Below, in pieces: positions 41,376-51,470 of a DNA stretch of 64,000 nucleotides (within the stretch, counting starts at the first letter, position 1; each line of letters starts with the position of its first letter). The position numbers and the translations under genes are program-made. The stretch covers positions 8,416 through 72,415 of IMG/VR virus record IMGVR_UViG_3300031973_001557. The stretch is one strand, 5' to 3'. The stretch is from a virus. The notes below the pieces were generated by a model. That model ran no database searches, had not been told where the DNA came from, and saw only the letters and a program-made list of their open reading frames with translations.

Positions 41376-42407
41376 ATGGAATACTTGGATATCTTAAATA
41401 ACATTAACGAAGAGGATCAAGAAATTAGATTAAAACCTCATGATAGAGTTTTAATTATTGATGGCTTGAACTTATTCTTTCGTAACTTTGCAACTATTAA
41501 CTTAACTAATAATAATGGAGCACATATTGGAGGTCTAGGAGGATTTCTAAGATCAATGGGTACTTTGATTAATAAAGTACAACCAACTTCAATATATGTT
41601 ATTTTTGATGGTAAAGGTTCTACTGTAAATAGAAAGAATATAAATCCTGATTATAAAGCAAATAGAAATATCAATAGGATTACTAATTGGGATTCATTTG
41701 ATTCTTTAGAAGATGAGCATGAGTCTAAATTAGATCAACTATTAAGATTAGTTCAATATCTTAAATTACTACCAGTAAAAATATTATCTTTTGATAAAGC
41801 AGAAGCTGATGATATTATATCAGTTTTATGTAATCAATTATCATACGATAAGAATAAATTATTCATAGTATCATCAGATAAAGATTTCCTACAATTAGTA
41901 GATGATCATATTGTAGTGTATAGACCTACAGAGAAGAAGTTTTATACTTATGAAGATGTAGAAAGTTCATTTAATATTAAGCCGGAAAACTTTTTATTAT
42001 ATAAATGCTTACTCGGAGATAATTCCGATAATGTAAAAGGTATAAAAGGTCTCGGTAAAAAAACGCTAGCAAAGAGATTACCTGAATTAGCCAATGAGGA
42101 AATACATTTAGGTAAGCTTCATAGTATATGTGAAGAGAAATTAACTACTAATATCTCATATGCTAGAATCTTAGATGATTTTAATACTATAGAAAAGAAT
42201 TATAAGATAATGAATCTTAAAGATCCTATGGTCACCGAACAACAGATTCAGGGAGTAAAAGAAATAATTGCACATAAAGAATTAAATTATTACCCTGATG
42301 AGTTTGAAAGTTTGCATAATGTTGATAAATTAGGTAATCTGATTAGGAATCCACAACATTGGTTTAATCAGTATTTTAATCAAATTTATAAAATTAGTAA
42401 ACAATGA
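41376..42407 (+). CDS. 5'-3' exonuclease / flap endonuclease (T4 RNase H-like)
   Basis: IIDGLNLFFR, VIFDG, RK...YKANR, EADD, SSDKDFLQL, LLGDNSDNVKGIKGLGKKT (H3TH). Confidence 0.92.
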   Translation: MEYLDILNNINEEDQEIRLKPHDRVLIIDGLNLFFRNFATINLTNNNGAHIGGLGGFLRSMGTLINKVQPTSIYVIFDGKGSTVNRKNINPDYKANRNINRITNWDSFDSLEDEHESKLDQLLRLVQYLKLLPVKILSFDKAEADDIISVLCNQLSYDKNKLFIVSSDKDFLQLVDDHIVVYRPTEKKFYTYEDVESSFNIKPENFLLYKCLLGDNSDNVKGIKGLGKKTLAKRLPELANEEIHLGKLHSICEEKLTTNISYARILDDFNTIEKNYKIMNLKDPMVTEQQIQGVKEIIAHKELNYYPDEFESLHNVDKLGNLIRNPQHWFNQYFNQIYKISKQ

Positions 42408-43786
42408 CATTAAGTTCATTAAACGCATATGGAAAGGCTTTTCAGATAAAAGTAATTTCATCATTATTAACACATAAAAAATTCTTAGTAAATATCTTTG
42501 ACGTTCTAATCGAAGATTATTTTGATAGCGATGCAAGTAAGTGGGTAATTAAGCAAATTGTTTCTTACTACGAAAAATACCACACTACACCCACTATGGA
42601 TGTACTAAAGGTAGAATTAAATAAGCTAGAAAATGATGTATTAAAATTAGCAGTAAAAGAATTATTAAGAGAAGCATACAAAGCATCAGATGAAGATTTA
42701 GAATTCGTTCAAGAAGAGTTTTCTAAGTTCTGTCAGAATCAACAACTTAAAGCTGCTCTATTAGAATCAGTTGACTTACTTAAAACAGGAGATTATGAAT
42801 CTATTCAATTCCGGATTAAGAAAGCAATGGAAGCAGGAGGAGATAAGAACGTTGGTCATGAATATAATATTGATGTAGAATCTCGATATAGAGAAGATAA
42901 CAGAACAGTAGTACCAACTCCATGGCCTGTATTTAATGACCTATTACAGGGAGGATTAGGTAACGGCGACTTTGGATTAATCTTTGGTAATCCTGGTGGT
43001 GGTAAATCTTGGTTATTGGTAGCTTTAGGAGCTTATGCTGTAAAAGCAGGATATAATGTTTTGCATTATACTTTAGAATTAGGAGAGGGATATGTAGGAA
43101 AAAGATATGATGCTAGTTTAACAGGTATAAATGTATCTGAAATTAGTTCTAAAGAAAACGTAGCAAAAGTAACTGAAGAAGTAAACCAACTACCAGGAAA
43201 ATTAATTATAAAAGAATATTCACCAGGTATTGCTACCATTGATACTGTAAGAGCTCATATAGAAAAAGTAAAAAACCTCGGCACCGAACCTGACTTAATA
43301 ATTATCGACTATGCTGACTTAATGGGGAGCAGAAAGAAAAGTAAAGAACGAAAAGATAGTATAGATGATATTTATCTTAATACCAAGGGACTTGCAAGAG
43401 AACTAAACTTACCTATTTGGTCAGTTTCTCAAGTTAACCGAGCTGGTGCGAAGGATGACATAATTGAAGGAGACAAAGCTGCTGGATCATATGATAAGAT
43501 TATGATTACAGACTTTGCCCTATCTTTGTCACGAAAAAGAGAAGATAAAGTAAATGGAACGGGTCGATTTCATTTGATTAAAAATCGATATGGAATGGAT
43601 GGAATGACCTATGGGGTGAAAGCGGACACCAATGTGGGAAGATTTGATGTATATGATTATGATGAAGATCAAGAATTGACACCACGAACCCAACCGACAA
43701 GAAATGGAGATCTTGACAGTTATGATAAGAAAATATTAGCTAACGAATTTTTTAAACTTAAAACCAATGGGAATATTCCAACCTAG
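42404..43786 (+). CDS. replicative helicase (DnaB / T4 gp41-like)
   Basis: GNPGGGKS, HYTLEL, IIIDYADL, SQVNR, KNRYG. Confidence 0.92.
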   Translation: MTLSSLNAYGKAFQIKVISSLLTHKKFLVNIFDVLIEDYFDSDASKWVIKQIVSYYEKYHTTPTMDVLKVELNKLENDVLKLAVKELLREAYKASDEDLEFVQEEFSKFCQNQQLKAALLESVDLLKTGDYESIQFRIKKAMEAGGDKNVGHEYNIDVESRYREDNRTVVPTPWPVFNDLLQGGLGNGDFGLIFGNPGGGKSWLLVALGAYAVKAGYNVLHYTLELGEGYVGKRYDASLTGINVSEISSKENVAKVTEEVNQLPGKLIIKEYSPGIATIDTVRAHIEKVKNLGTEPDLIIIDYADLMGSRKKSKERKDSIDDIYLNTKGLARELNLPIWSVSQVNRAGAKDDIIEGDKAAGSYDKIMITDFALSLSRKREDKVNGTGRFHLIKNRYGMDGMTYGVKADTNVGRFDVYDYDEDQELTPRTQPTRNGDLDSYDKKILANEFFKLKTNGNIPT

Positions 43787-44744
43787 ACCATTTTATAAAC
43801 CATTTGAATATGGTGATATAACAAACCCTTTAATAGATGCAATGTGGGCATCACACTGGACAGTTAATGAATTTAATTTTACAAAAGATATACAAGACTT
43901 CAATACTAATTTAACTGAAAAAGAAAGACAGGTAGTCAAGCGTGCATTATTAATGATTTCTCAAGTAGAAGTATCAGTTAAAAGTTATTGGTCTAATGTT
44001 GGAAAACTTATACCTAAGCCAGAAATCTCAGAAATGGGATCAGTATTTGGTGGAGTAGAAGTTATACATTCAAGAGCTTATTCGGAAATTTTAACTAAGT
44101 TAGGATTAAACGACGAGTTTAGTACTTTGTTAGATACAGAAATTGTACAAAATAGAGTTAAGTATTTAACAAAATATAATGAAAAAAATTATGTAGATGA
44201 TAGAAAAAATATCTATTATTCGTTAGCGTTATTTTCTTTATTTACTGAAAATGTATCTTTATTTTCTCAGTTTTATACTATTTTAGGATTTAACAGATAT
44301 TATAATGTATTAAAAGATACTGCAAATGTTGTACAATATACATCAAAAGAAGAAAACTTACATGCAGCAGGTGGTATCGCTATACTCAATAAAATTAAAG
44401 AAGAATATCCTGAAGTAGTTGATTATGCTATGGAGCTTAAAATATATGAAGAAGCTAAAGAAGCATATGATGCTGAATTAAGACTTATTGAATGGATATT
44501 AGATGGGTATGAAAATGAATTCTTATCTTATGATATATTAAAAACATATTTAGGAATTAGAATGAATGACTCATTAGAAAAGATAGGATTTGATAAAATG
44601 TTTGATGTAGATGAGAATCTAGCTGAAAAAACGTTATGGATGGAAGAGGAAATATATGTTCCTGCCTTAACAGATTTCTTTCATAAGAAACCTATTGATT
44701 ATCAAAAAGCTATGAAAAGCTTTGATGCAGGTGAATTATTTTAA
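43767..44744 (+). CDS. nrdB: ribonucleotide reductase class I beta subunit
   Basis: EVIHSRAYS, FTENVSLFSQF, KEENLH, DFFHKKPIDY di-iron ligand pattern. Confidence 0.93.
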   Translation: MGIFQPRPFYKPFEYGDITNPLIDAMWASHWTVNEFNFTKDIQDFNTNLTEKERQVVKRALLMISQVEVSVKSYWSNVGKLIPKPEISEMGSVFGGVEVIHSRAYSEILTKLGLNDEFSTLLDTEIVQNRVKYLTKYNEKNYVDDRKNIYYSLALFSLFTENVSLFSQFYTILGFNRYYNVLKDTANVVQYTSKEENLHAAGGIAILNKIKEEYPEVVDYAMELKIYEEAKEAYDAELRLIEWILDGYENEFLSYDILKTYLGIRMNDSLEKIGFDKMFDVDENLAEKTLWMEEEIYVPALTDFFHKKPIDYQKAMKSFDAGELF

Positions 44745-44760
44745 TTTGTAAAACGTAGGA

Positions 44761-46398
44761 ATGTATTGGTTAAATAAACAGTCTAGGACTTTCTTGGAAA
44801 GAGACTATCTTCTTCCAGGTGTAACAGCAGAGCAAAGAATTAAAGAAATCTGCGATCGAGCAGAAAAAATATTAGGTATAAAAGGATTTTCGGATAAGTT
44901 TCATTCTTATGTTGAGAAAGGATGGTATAGTTTTTCATCACCAGTTTGGTCCAACTTTGGACTAGATAGAGGATTACCTATATCATGCTTTGGAATTGAT
45001 ATTCAGGATGATATTATGGATATCTTACGAGCATCATCTGAAATAGGTGCTATGACGAGATATGGAGGAGGAACAGCAGGCTTTTTCGGTAAGATAAGAC
45101 CAAGAGGATCTGAGATTAAAAATAATGGTAAGACATCAGGGGCAGTTCACTTTATGGAATTATTCCAAACTATTACTCAAGTTGTATCTCAAGGCAGAAT
45201 GAGAAGAGGATTCTTTGCAGCATACATGCCTATTGATCATGGAGATATAGAAGAGTTTTTAAATTGTCATACTGAAGGACATCCAATCCAAGATTTAGCT
45301 TTTGCAGTAACTATTCCGGAAGGATGGATGCAATCTATGATTGATGGTGATAAAAATAAAAGAAAATTATGGGCTAAAGTTTTACAAAGAAGAGCAGAAA
45401 AAGGATACCCATATATTTTCTTTGATGATAATGTAAATAATAATTTACCCCAAGCGTACGAAGATAAAGGATTAAAAATTAATCATTCTCAGATGTGTTC
45501 AGAAATAATTGAATATACAGATGAAGAAAAATCTTTTGTATGTTGCTTATCTTCTTTAAATTTATTGCATTACGATGATTGGAAAGATACTGATGCAGTA
45601 GAGATGTTAACTTATTTCTTAGATGCTGTTTATACAGAATTTATTGATAAGACAGAAGGAATTCCATTTATGGAAAAAGCTCGTAAGTTTGCAATCGAGC
45701 ATCGAAGTATTGGAGTAGGAGTATTAGGGTGGCATTCATACCTACAATCTATTATGATACCGTTTGAAAGTATGGAAGCTAAGCTACTTAATACGCAGAT
45801 CTTTAAATTAATTGATGAAAGAACTTTAAAGGCATCAAAAGAGTTAGCTAAACTATATGGAGAACCTAAAATGTTAGAAGGATACGGAGAAAGATTTACT
45901 ACAAGAGTAGCTCCCGCTCCTACAACTTCTTCTTCATTTATTTTAGGACAAGTATCTCCATCTATAGAACCTTTGTTCTCTAATTACTTTGTTAAGGATC
46001 TAGCTAAAGGTAAATTTACTTATAAGAACCCTTATCTACAAAAGCTATTAAAGGATAAAGGAATGAATTCAAGTGAGGTTTGGAGGTCAATTATGTCAAA
46101 AGGAGGTTCGGTACAACACTTGGATTTCTTAACTGAAAGAGAAAAATTTGTATTTAAAACTTTTGGAGAAATTACCCCATTAGAGATTATTCAACAGGCA
46201 GCAGGAAGACAGAAATATATTGATCAATCACAATCTTTGAACTTAGTTATCCATCCAGATGCAAGTCTAAAAGATGTAAATGCATTATATATTGAAGCTT
46301 GGAAATTAGGATTAAAAACTCTATATTATCAAAGGTCTTCTAATCTAGCACAAGAAACTTCACGGAATATTATGGATTGTGCTAGTTGCCAAGCATAA
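44761..46398 (+). CDS. nrdA: ribonucleotide reductase class I alpha subunit (no ATP cone)
   Basis: SSPVWSN, LPISCF, GGGT, QG..RRG, MCSEI, VCCLSSLN, APTTSSS, DQSQSLN, KTLYY, C-terminal CASC. Confidence 0.93.
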   Translation: MYWLNKQSRTFLERDYLLPGVTAEQRIKEICDRAEKILGIKGFSDKFHSYVEKGWYSFSSPVWSNFGLDRGLPISCFGIDIQDDIMDILRASSEIGAMTRYGGGTAGFFGKIRPRGSEIKNNGKTSGAVHFMELFQTITQVVSQGRMRRGFFAAYMPIDHGDIEEFLNCHTEGHPIQDLAFAVTIPEGWMQSMIDGDKNKRKLWAKVLQRRAEKGYPYIFFDDNVNNNLPQAYEDKGLKINHSQMCSEIIEYTDEEKSFVCCLSSLNLLHYDDWKDTDAVEMLTYFLDAVYTEFIDKTEGIPFMEKARKFAIEHRSIGVGVLGWHSYLQSIMIPFESMEAKLLNTQIFKLIDERTLKASKELAKLYGEPKMLEGYGERFTTRVAPAPTTSSSFILGQVSPSIEPLFSNYFVKDLAKGKFTYKNPYLQKLLKDKGMNSSEVWRSIMSKGGSVQHLDFLTEREKFVFKTFGEITPLEIIQQAAGRQKYIDQSQSLNLVIHPDASLKDVNALYIEAWKLGLKTLYYQRSSNLAQETSRNIMDCASCQA

Positions 46399-46406
46399 AC
46401 AATAGT

Positions 46407-47489
46407 ATGAGAAAATTATTTAACTTTTTAGGAAAAGCTATCTTTCCTACTCTGATTGCAGTAACCGCTTTAGCCATTTCAGGTTCAGCGGCTACTTTTT
46501 CAGTAATTGGATTATCAAAATTATTTGCTGGAGCTTCATTAGCTGTTATTATAATGACAGGAACTTTAGAAGCATCTAAATTAGTAGTAGCATCATTACT
46601 ACATCAATATTGGTCTGACTTAAATAGATTACTTAAAATATATTTAACTTTAGCAGTTGTAATACTAATTATCATTACTTCAATGGGTATTTATGGTTAT
46701 TTATCTGCTGCATATCAAGAAACAGCTAATAAAGAAGGTATCACTCAAAAAGAGTTAGCTATATATGATTCTAAGATAGAGAATTATAAAAAACAAAAAT
46801 CTTCAAGAGAACAAACAGCTAATTCCGTTCAAGAAAGAATCACTCAACTAAACGAAGGCATTAATAATATTGAATATAGTTGGGTAGATAGAGATGGAGC
46901 AGGAGATCAAAGAGAATTATTATCTACTCAATTAGAAATAGCTAATAAGGAATATCTAAGAGTTAGTAATGATATTTCAAAATTAGATTCTACTATTTTA
47001 GCATTAGAGAATGAAAGATTTGAAACTGAAATTAGCTCTGATGTAGCAGCCGAATTAGGACCTTTAAAATATATTAGTAAAATCTCAGGATGGGAGATGG
47101 ATAAGACAGTTAATGTTCTTATCTTAATTATTGTATTTGTATTTGATCCTTTAGCTATATGTTTGGTACTTGCAGCTAATTTTGCGTTCGGAAAGGCATT
47201 TCCAAAAAAAAGAGAAAATATTTACGGTGAAAAGGTAGTTATAACTCAAACACCTATAGTTGAATTAGAAGCTGAACCAGAGGATCTTCCAGATTTACAA
47301 GAAAATAAATTTAATCCTGAAAGAGAAAAAATTGAAAAAGAAATAGAAGAAATAGAAAATGAACAAATTAAATTAGCGCAAAGCACGGCATCAGGTCGAG
47401 CTATTCACGCAGCTAGTGAAGAATTAAAAGAAAGGAAAAAAATTTTAAAAAAACAATTAAATAATGATGATAATAGTATTACTTATTAA
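46407..47489 (+). CDS. multi-pass membrane protein with coiled coil
   Basis: Three N-terminal TM segments (FSVIGL, LEASKLV, TSMGIYGYLS), coiled coil, then IIVFVFDPLAI TM. ATG at 46407 is preferred over the TTG at 46386. Confidence 0.65.
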   Translation: MRKLFNFLGKAIFPTLIAVTALAISGSAATFSVIGLSKLFAGASLAVIIMTGTLEASKLVVASLLHQYWSDLNRLLKIYLTLAVVILIIITSMGIYGYLSAAYQETANKEGITQKELAIYDSKIENYKKQKSSREQTANSVQERITQLNEGINNIEYSWVDRDGAGDQRELLSTQLEIANKEYLRVSNDISKLDSTILALENERFETEISSDVAAELGPLKYISKISGWEMDKTVNVLILIIVFVFDPLAICLVLAANFAFGKAFPKKRENIYGEKVVITQTPIVELEAEPEDLPDLQENKFNPEREKIEKEIEEIENEQIKLAQSTASGRAIHAASEELKERKKILKKQLNNDDNSITY

Positions 47490-47495
47490 CTATTT

Positions 47496-47507
47496 TTCGT
47501 ATATTTA
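47496..47507 (+). promoter_or_regulatory. putative early/middle promoter TTCGTATATTTA heading the que cluster
   Basis: Intergenic copy of the TTCGTA-T-n-TTTA motif. Confidence 0.6.
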
Positions 47508-47519
47508 ATTAAAATAGTT

Positions 47520-47975
47520 ATGAGACATATTTACGATAGAGAAGTTATAGAAAAGAATCTAAAAAGATTAAAACCATTAAATTATAATAGATTTATGTGG
47601 TGGCGTAGTCATACTAGAAAGAATAAGCTTCTAAGTAATTATGCACCTCTTATTCAAAGAATTAAGAATGGTGATTACGATCACAGTATTTACTTCTGGC
47701 AAGCTCAATTAGCTACTCTTAATTATAATGAAAGATATCAAGCTAATATTGGTAGTGGTCAAGGAGATGATAAACTAAGCTTAATGGCTGAACGTTGTAA
47801 GAGATTATGGGAAGACTTTGAGAAAGATGAAGCAAAACTATTAGTTGAGATACGTAAGGAGTTTTGTAAACTATTTAGAATAAGTATTAAAGCTTATGAA
47901 AGAGTAATGGATGAGTTTGATGGTACTTTAGAAGACCTTTACTATTATTGTGAAAAAAAATATAAGAATGACTAA
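47520..47975 (+). CDS. hypothetical protein
   Basis: 151-aa ORF (YNRFMWWR, RIKNGDYD) after a TTCGTATATTTA element. Confidence 0.6.
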   Translation: MRHIYDREVIEKNLKRLKPLNYNRFMWWRSHTRKNKLLSNYAPLIQRIKNGDYDHSIYFWQAQLATLNYNERYQANIGSGQGDDKLSLMAERCKRLWEDFEKDEAKLLVEIRKEFCKLFRISIKAYERVMDEFDGTLEDLYYYCEKKYKND

Positions 47976-48165
47976 ATTAGGTATAAATAAAGGTCCACAT
48001 AGAGAAGATAGAGTCTTACAGAATACATATTTCGAAGAAGAATTAAATATATTATTTTCTAGAATAAGAGATAATGGAGTTAATTTAACGAAAAATGATA
48101 TGAAGTATTTAGAATATTTAGGTAATAAAACAGTTAATGATAATTTAAAACAAGAAAATGAGTAA
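47950..48165 (+). CDS. hypothetical small protein
   Basis: Fills the gap before queC and overlaps it; the ATG at about 47968 is the likelier start. Confidence 0.45.
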   Translation: MKKNIRMTKLGINKGPHREDRVLQNTYFEEELNILFSRIRDNGVNLTKNDMKYLEYLGNKTVNDNLKQENE

Positions 48166-48970
48166 AAATGTTGTAATTAGTCTTTCTGGAGGGATGGACT
48201 CCTCTACTTTATTAATCCATGCTTTAAAAGAAGGATTTAATGTAACTGCAGTATCTTTTGATTACGGTCAAAAGCATCGTGTAGAACTTGAAAGAGCTCA
48301 GTCTTTAATTGATTATATTAATCTAACCAGATTGAATGAACCAAACATCAAGTATCAAGTAATTAAATTAGATGGTCTTCCAGATCTACTTAACTCAGCT
48401 CTAGTATCAGGAGGAGAAGAAGTACCGGAAGGACATTATGCAGAAGAAAATATGAAAGCTACGGTAGTACCTAATCGTAATAAAATCTTTTCTTCTATAA
48501 CTCAAGCTATTGCTCTCTCAATGTATAAAGCAAATAATCTACCAACTTATATTGGAATGGGTATTCATGCAGGTGATCACGCAATTTATCCCGACTGTAG
48601 AGAAGAATTTAGAGATGCAGATCTAGCTACTTTTAAATTAGGAAACTGGGATGCTGATAATATCGAATATTATACTCCGTTTATTAATGATGATAAGTAT
48701 GGTATTTTACAAGCAGGAGAAGTTGCTTGTTTTGAATTAGGATTAGATTTTAATGAAGTATATTCTCGAACGAATACTTCATATAAACCTATTCAAATAG
48801 ATAAAGAATGGTATTCTGATTATAAATCAGCTTCTTCTGTAGAACGTATCGAAGCATTTATTAAGTTAGGAAAAAAAGATCCTGTAAGATATGCTGACGA
48901 AACAGGAGTAGTACATTGGCAGAAAGCTAAAGCTCACGTACAAGAAGTATTATTAAATTATAATACATAA
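48158..48970 (+). CDS. queC: 7-cyano-7-deazaguanine synthase
   Basis: SLSGGMDSST PP-loop, FDYGQKH..EL, TVVPNRN, YPDCR. Confidence 0.93.
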   Translation: MSKNVVISLSGGMDSSTLLIHALKEGFNVTAVSFDYGQKHRVELERAQSLIDYINLTRLNEPNIKYQVIKLDGLPDLLNSALVSGGEEVPEGHYAEENMKATVVPNRNKIFSSITQAIALSMYKANNLPTYIGMGIHAGDHAIYPDCREEFRDADLATFKLGNWDADNIEYYTPFINDDKYGILQAGEVACFELGLDFNEVYSRTNTSYKPIQIDKEWYSDYKSASSVERIEAFIKLGKKDPVRYADETGVVHWQKAKAHVQEVLLNYNT

Positions 48971-48975
48971 TATTA

Positions 48976-49119
48976 ATGAAAGAATTTATATATCATATGC
49001 TAGGATTATGCGGGGAATCACATCCTTCCTTACTATCTTTACTTATGATAGGGATTACTCCATTTATTTTTATGTATAAAAAAATAATAAATTATGTCAA
49101 AAAAATTTTTATCAAGTAA
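48976..49119 (+). CDS. 47-aa unannotated membrane peptide
   Basis: MKEFIYHMLGLCGESHPSLLSLLMIGITPFIFMYKKIINYVKKIFIK* fills the queC-queD gap. Confidence 0.55.
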   Translation: MKEFIYHMLGLCGESHPSLLSLLMIGITPFIFMYKKIINYVKKIFIK

Positions 49120-49564
49120 AATATATGATGGGTATTCTACTTGTTTTCGACAATGGAAAGCAACAGATACACACTGTCAATATTTACATGGATACTCAGT
49201 ATCTCTTAAAATAACATACGAAGGTGAACTCGATGATAAAAATTGGGTAGTAGATTTTGGCAGAGCTAAAAGATCCAATATAGAAATCGACGGTATGAAA
49301 GTAAAAGAATGGTTATCATATATGTTAGATCATACTGTAATAGTAGCAGAGGATGACCCATTTTTAGAAGCTTTTAAACAAATGGATAAAGTAGGAGCAG
49401 CTCGAGTAAGAGTTATTCCTGCTGTAGGAGCAGAAAAATTTGCTGAGTATTTTTATAATAAATTAAATGATTGGGTAAAAGAAGATACTAATAATCGATG
49501 TAAAATAGTATCAGTAGAAGTTAGAGAACACGAAAAAAATAGTGCAATATATTATGGAGAATAA
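49094..49564 (+). CDS. queD: 6-carboxy-5,6,7,8-tetrahydropterin synthase
   Basis: HCQYLHGY, WVVDFG, LDH, GAEKFAE, VREHEKN. Confidence 0.9.
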   Translation: MSKKFLSSKIYDGYSTCFRQWKATDTHCQYLHGYSVSLKITYEGELDDKNWVVDFGRAKRSNIEIDGMKVKEWLSYMLDHTVIVAEDDPFLEAFKQMDKVGAARVRVIPAVGAEKFAEYFYNKLNDWVKEDTNNRCKIVSVEVREHEKNSAIYYGE

Positions 49565-50372
49565 AATTAGAATAGCTCATGAAGCACCTATGTCAATATT
49601 TGATAAGGTACAACAGCTAACAGATTACGATTATTGTTTAGTTCATTTAATGGATGAAATTCCGGAATATAAAGAAATATTTTTTAAAGCTAAAAAACAA
49701 GGCAGAGAAATTATTTTAGATAATAGTATTTTTGAATTAGGTAAATCATTTAATAATAAAAAATATTATCATTGGGTAACTGAACTAGAACCAACATGGT
49801 ATATTATTCCAGATGTATTAGAAGATTGCGATAAAACGATTGATAAAGCAAAAAGATGGCTATCAAAATATCCTGATATTAAAAGTAAATCTATTGGTGT
49901 AGTTCAAGGTAAAACATATGAAGAAATAGTTAAATGTTATAAATTTATGGTGGAGGAAGCTAAGGTAGATAAAGTAGCTATTTCATTTGATTATTCATAT
50001 TATTTAAATACTTACGAAAGTTTAGGATCAAATAAATATGAAAGATTTACAATTGGTAGAGCATGCTTAATAGATCAAATGATCGAGGACAAAGTTATTG
50101 ACTATAGTATCCCAGTTCATCTATTAGGCTGCGGTTTACCACAAGAAGGAGCATTCTATAAAGAAGATCCTGAACGATACTTTTTTATAGATTCTGTAGA
50201 TACATCTAATCCTATAGTGCATGGTATAAAAAATGTACAATATACAAAATATGGATTAAAAGATAAAGAATCACAAAAATTATTTACTATGATAAATTAT
50301 AAATTAAATTCTCAAATATGGGATTTAATAGAATATAATACTAAAGCATTTAAAAATTTATGGAATGCATAA
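49554..50372 (+). CDS. dpdA: TGT-fold transglycosylase-like protein (DpdA-type, DpdA3-like)
   Basis: Ordered TGT-barrel motifs IILDNSIFE (DSG-like), IPDV, GVVQG, VHLLG, SVDTS; embedded in the que cluster. Confidence 0.7.
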   Translation: MENKIRIAHEAPMSIFDKVQQLTDYDYCLVHLMDEIPEYKEIFFKAKKQGREIILDNSIFELGKSFNNKKYYHWVTELEPTWYIIPDVLEDCDKTIDKAKRWLSKYPDIKSKSIGVVQGKTYEEIVKCYKFMVEEAKVDKVAISFDYSYYLNTYESLGSNKYERFTIGRACLIDQMIEDKVIDYSIPVHLLGCGLPQEGAFYKEDPERYFFIDSVDTSNPIVHGIKNVQYTKYGLKDKESQKLFTMINYKLNSQIWDLIEYNTKAFKNLWNA

Positions 50373-50916
50373 AAGATGGATCGCAATGTTCTCGCAAACT
50401 GGAAGCGAGCTTATAGAAGTAATTAATGCTCTAGATAGAGAACCTGATATTATTATAACTAATAAAAGACCTGAACATTTAAGAAGTATTAATCAAGATT
50501 TATTAGATAGATGCAGAAATAAAATTTGTTATGTATCTAACAAACCAACACTAGAAGAATATTATGGAATATTTGAACGATTTGTTTTTAATCCTATTGT
50601 TACTCTCCACGGCTGGTTAAGAGTATTGCCGCCGGAAATATGTAGGAGTTATGAAATTTATAATGGTCACCCAGGAGATATAATTAAATATCCAAAATTA
50701 AAAGGAAAGGATCCACAGTTAAAAGCTTGGAAAAAAAATTATAAATTTATAGGAACAGTATTGCATAAGGTAATTGAACAGGTAGATGAAGGAGAAATTA
50801 TAGCTTATAAAAATAAAATTCCTACTAGAAATTTGGAACTTGATGATTATTTTCGTATATTAAGAAACGAGTCGATAGGCTTATGGATACAATTTTTGAA
50901 TAAAAGGTTATACTAA
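50365..50916 (+). CDS. PurN-like formyltransferase (DpdN-like)
   Basis: MFSQTGSE, LHGWLRVLP, YNGHPG, GTVLHKV...VDEGEII formyltransferase motifs. Confidence 0.8.
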   Translation: MHKRWIAMFSQTGSELIEVINALDREPDIIITNKRPEHLRSINQDLLDRCRNKICYVSNKPTLEEYYGIFERFVFNPIVTLHGWLRVLPPEICRSYEIYNGHPGDIIKYPKLKGKDPQLKAWKKNYKFIGTVLHKVIEQVDEGEIIAYKNKIPTRNLELDDYFRILRNESIGLWIQFLNKRLY

Positions 50917-51470
50917 TGAAAATAGCATTTACAGGAGCTCAGGGAACGGGTAAATCTACTTTAGTTAATTATCTTGCAGATAATAATGTTAAAGAAATAG
51001 AAGAATATACTTTTGTAAAAGAAGTAACAAGAAGAATACAAAGACAATTTAATCTTGATATTAATGAGAAAGGAGATCTGACTACTCAGATACTAATTAT
51101 TACAGATCATATTGTAAATTTACGTAAACCAAAAGTAGTAATGGATAGATGTATTTTAGATGCATTAGTCTATACTCGATGGTTATGTGATTATAATCCT
51201 GGTATTCCTAACTGGGTTTATGATTATTGTGAAAATGTATTTAAAAGTTATATTAATCAATATGACATTATATTTTATTTAAAGCCTGAATTTGATCTGG
51301 TTAGTGATGGTGTGAGAAGTGATGATATAGACTTTAGAGATGATATAGCAGATTTATTTGAAACCTACATAAATAATTTTGGTGTAGAAGTTGTGGAATT
51401 AACAGGTACGGTAAAACAAAGAGTTAAACAAATTAAAAAAGCAATTAATGAGCACACAAAGTCAAATTAA
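50916..51470 (+). CDS. P-loop nucleotide kinase (NadR/Ttd14 AAA_28-like)
   Basis: KIAFTGAQGTGKST, MDRCILD, YDIIFY, DGVR. Confidence 0.8.
   Translation: MKIAFTGAQGTGKSTLVNYLADNNVKEIEEYTFVKEVTRRIQRQFNLDINEKGDLTTQILIITDHIVNLRKPKVVMDRCILDALVYTRWLCDYNPGIPNWVYDYCENVFKSYINQYDIIFYLKPEFDLVSDGVRSDDIDFRDDIADLFETYINNFGVEVVELTGTVKQRVKQIKKAINEHTKSN

Noticed and set aside
50365-50916. purN as a purine-biosynthesis auxiliary metabolic gene
   Set aside because: Embedded between the DpdA-like gene, the kinase and queF, with no other pur genes; base formylation is more parsimonious.
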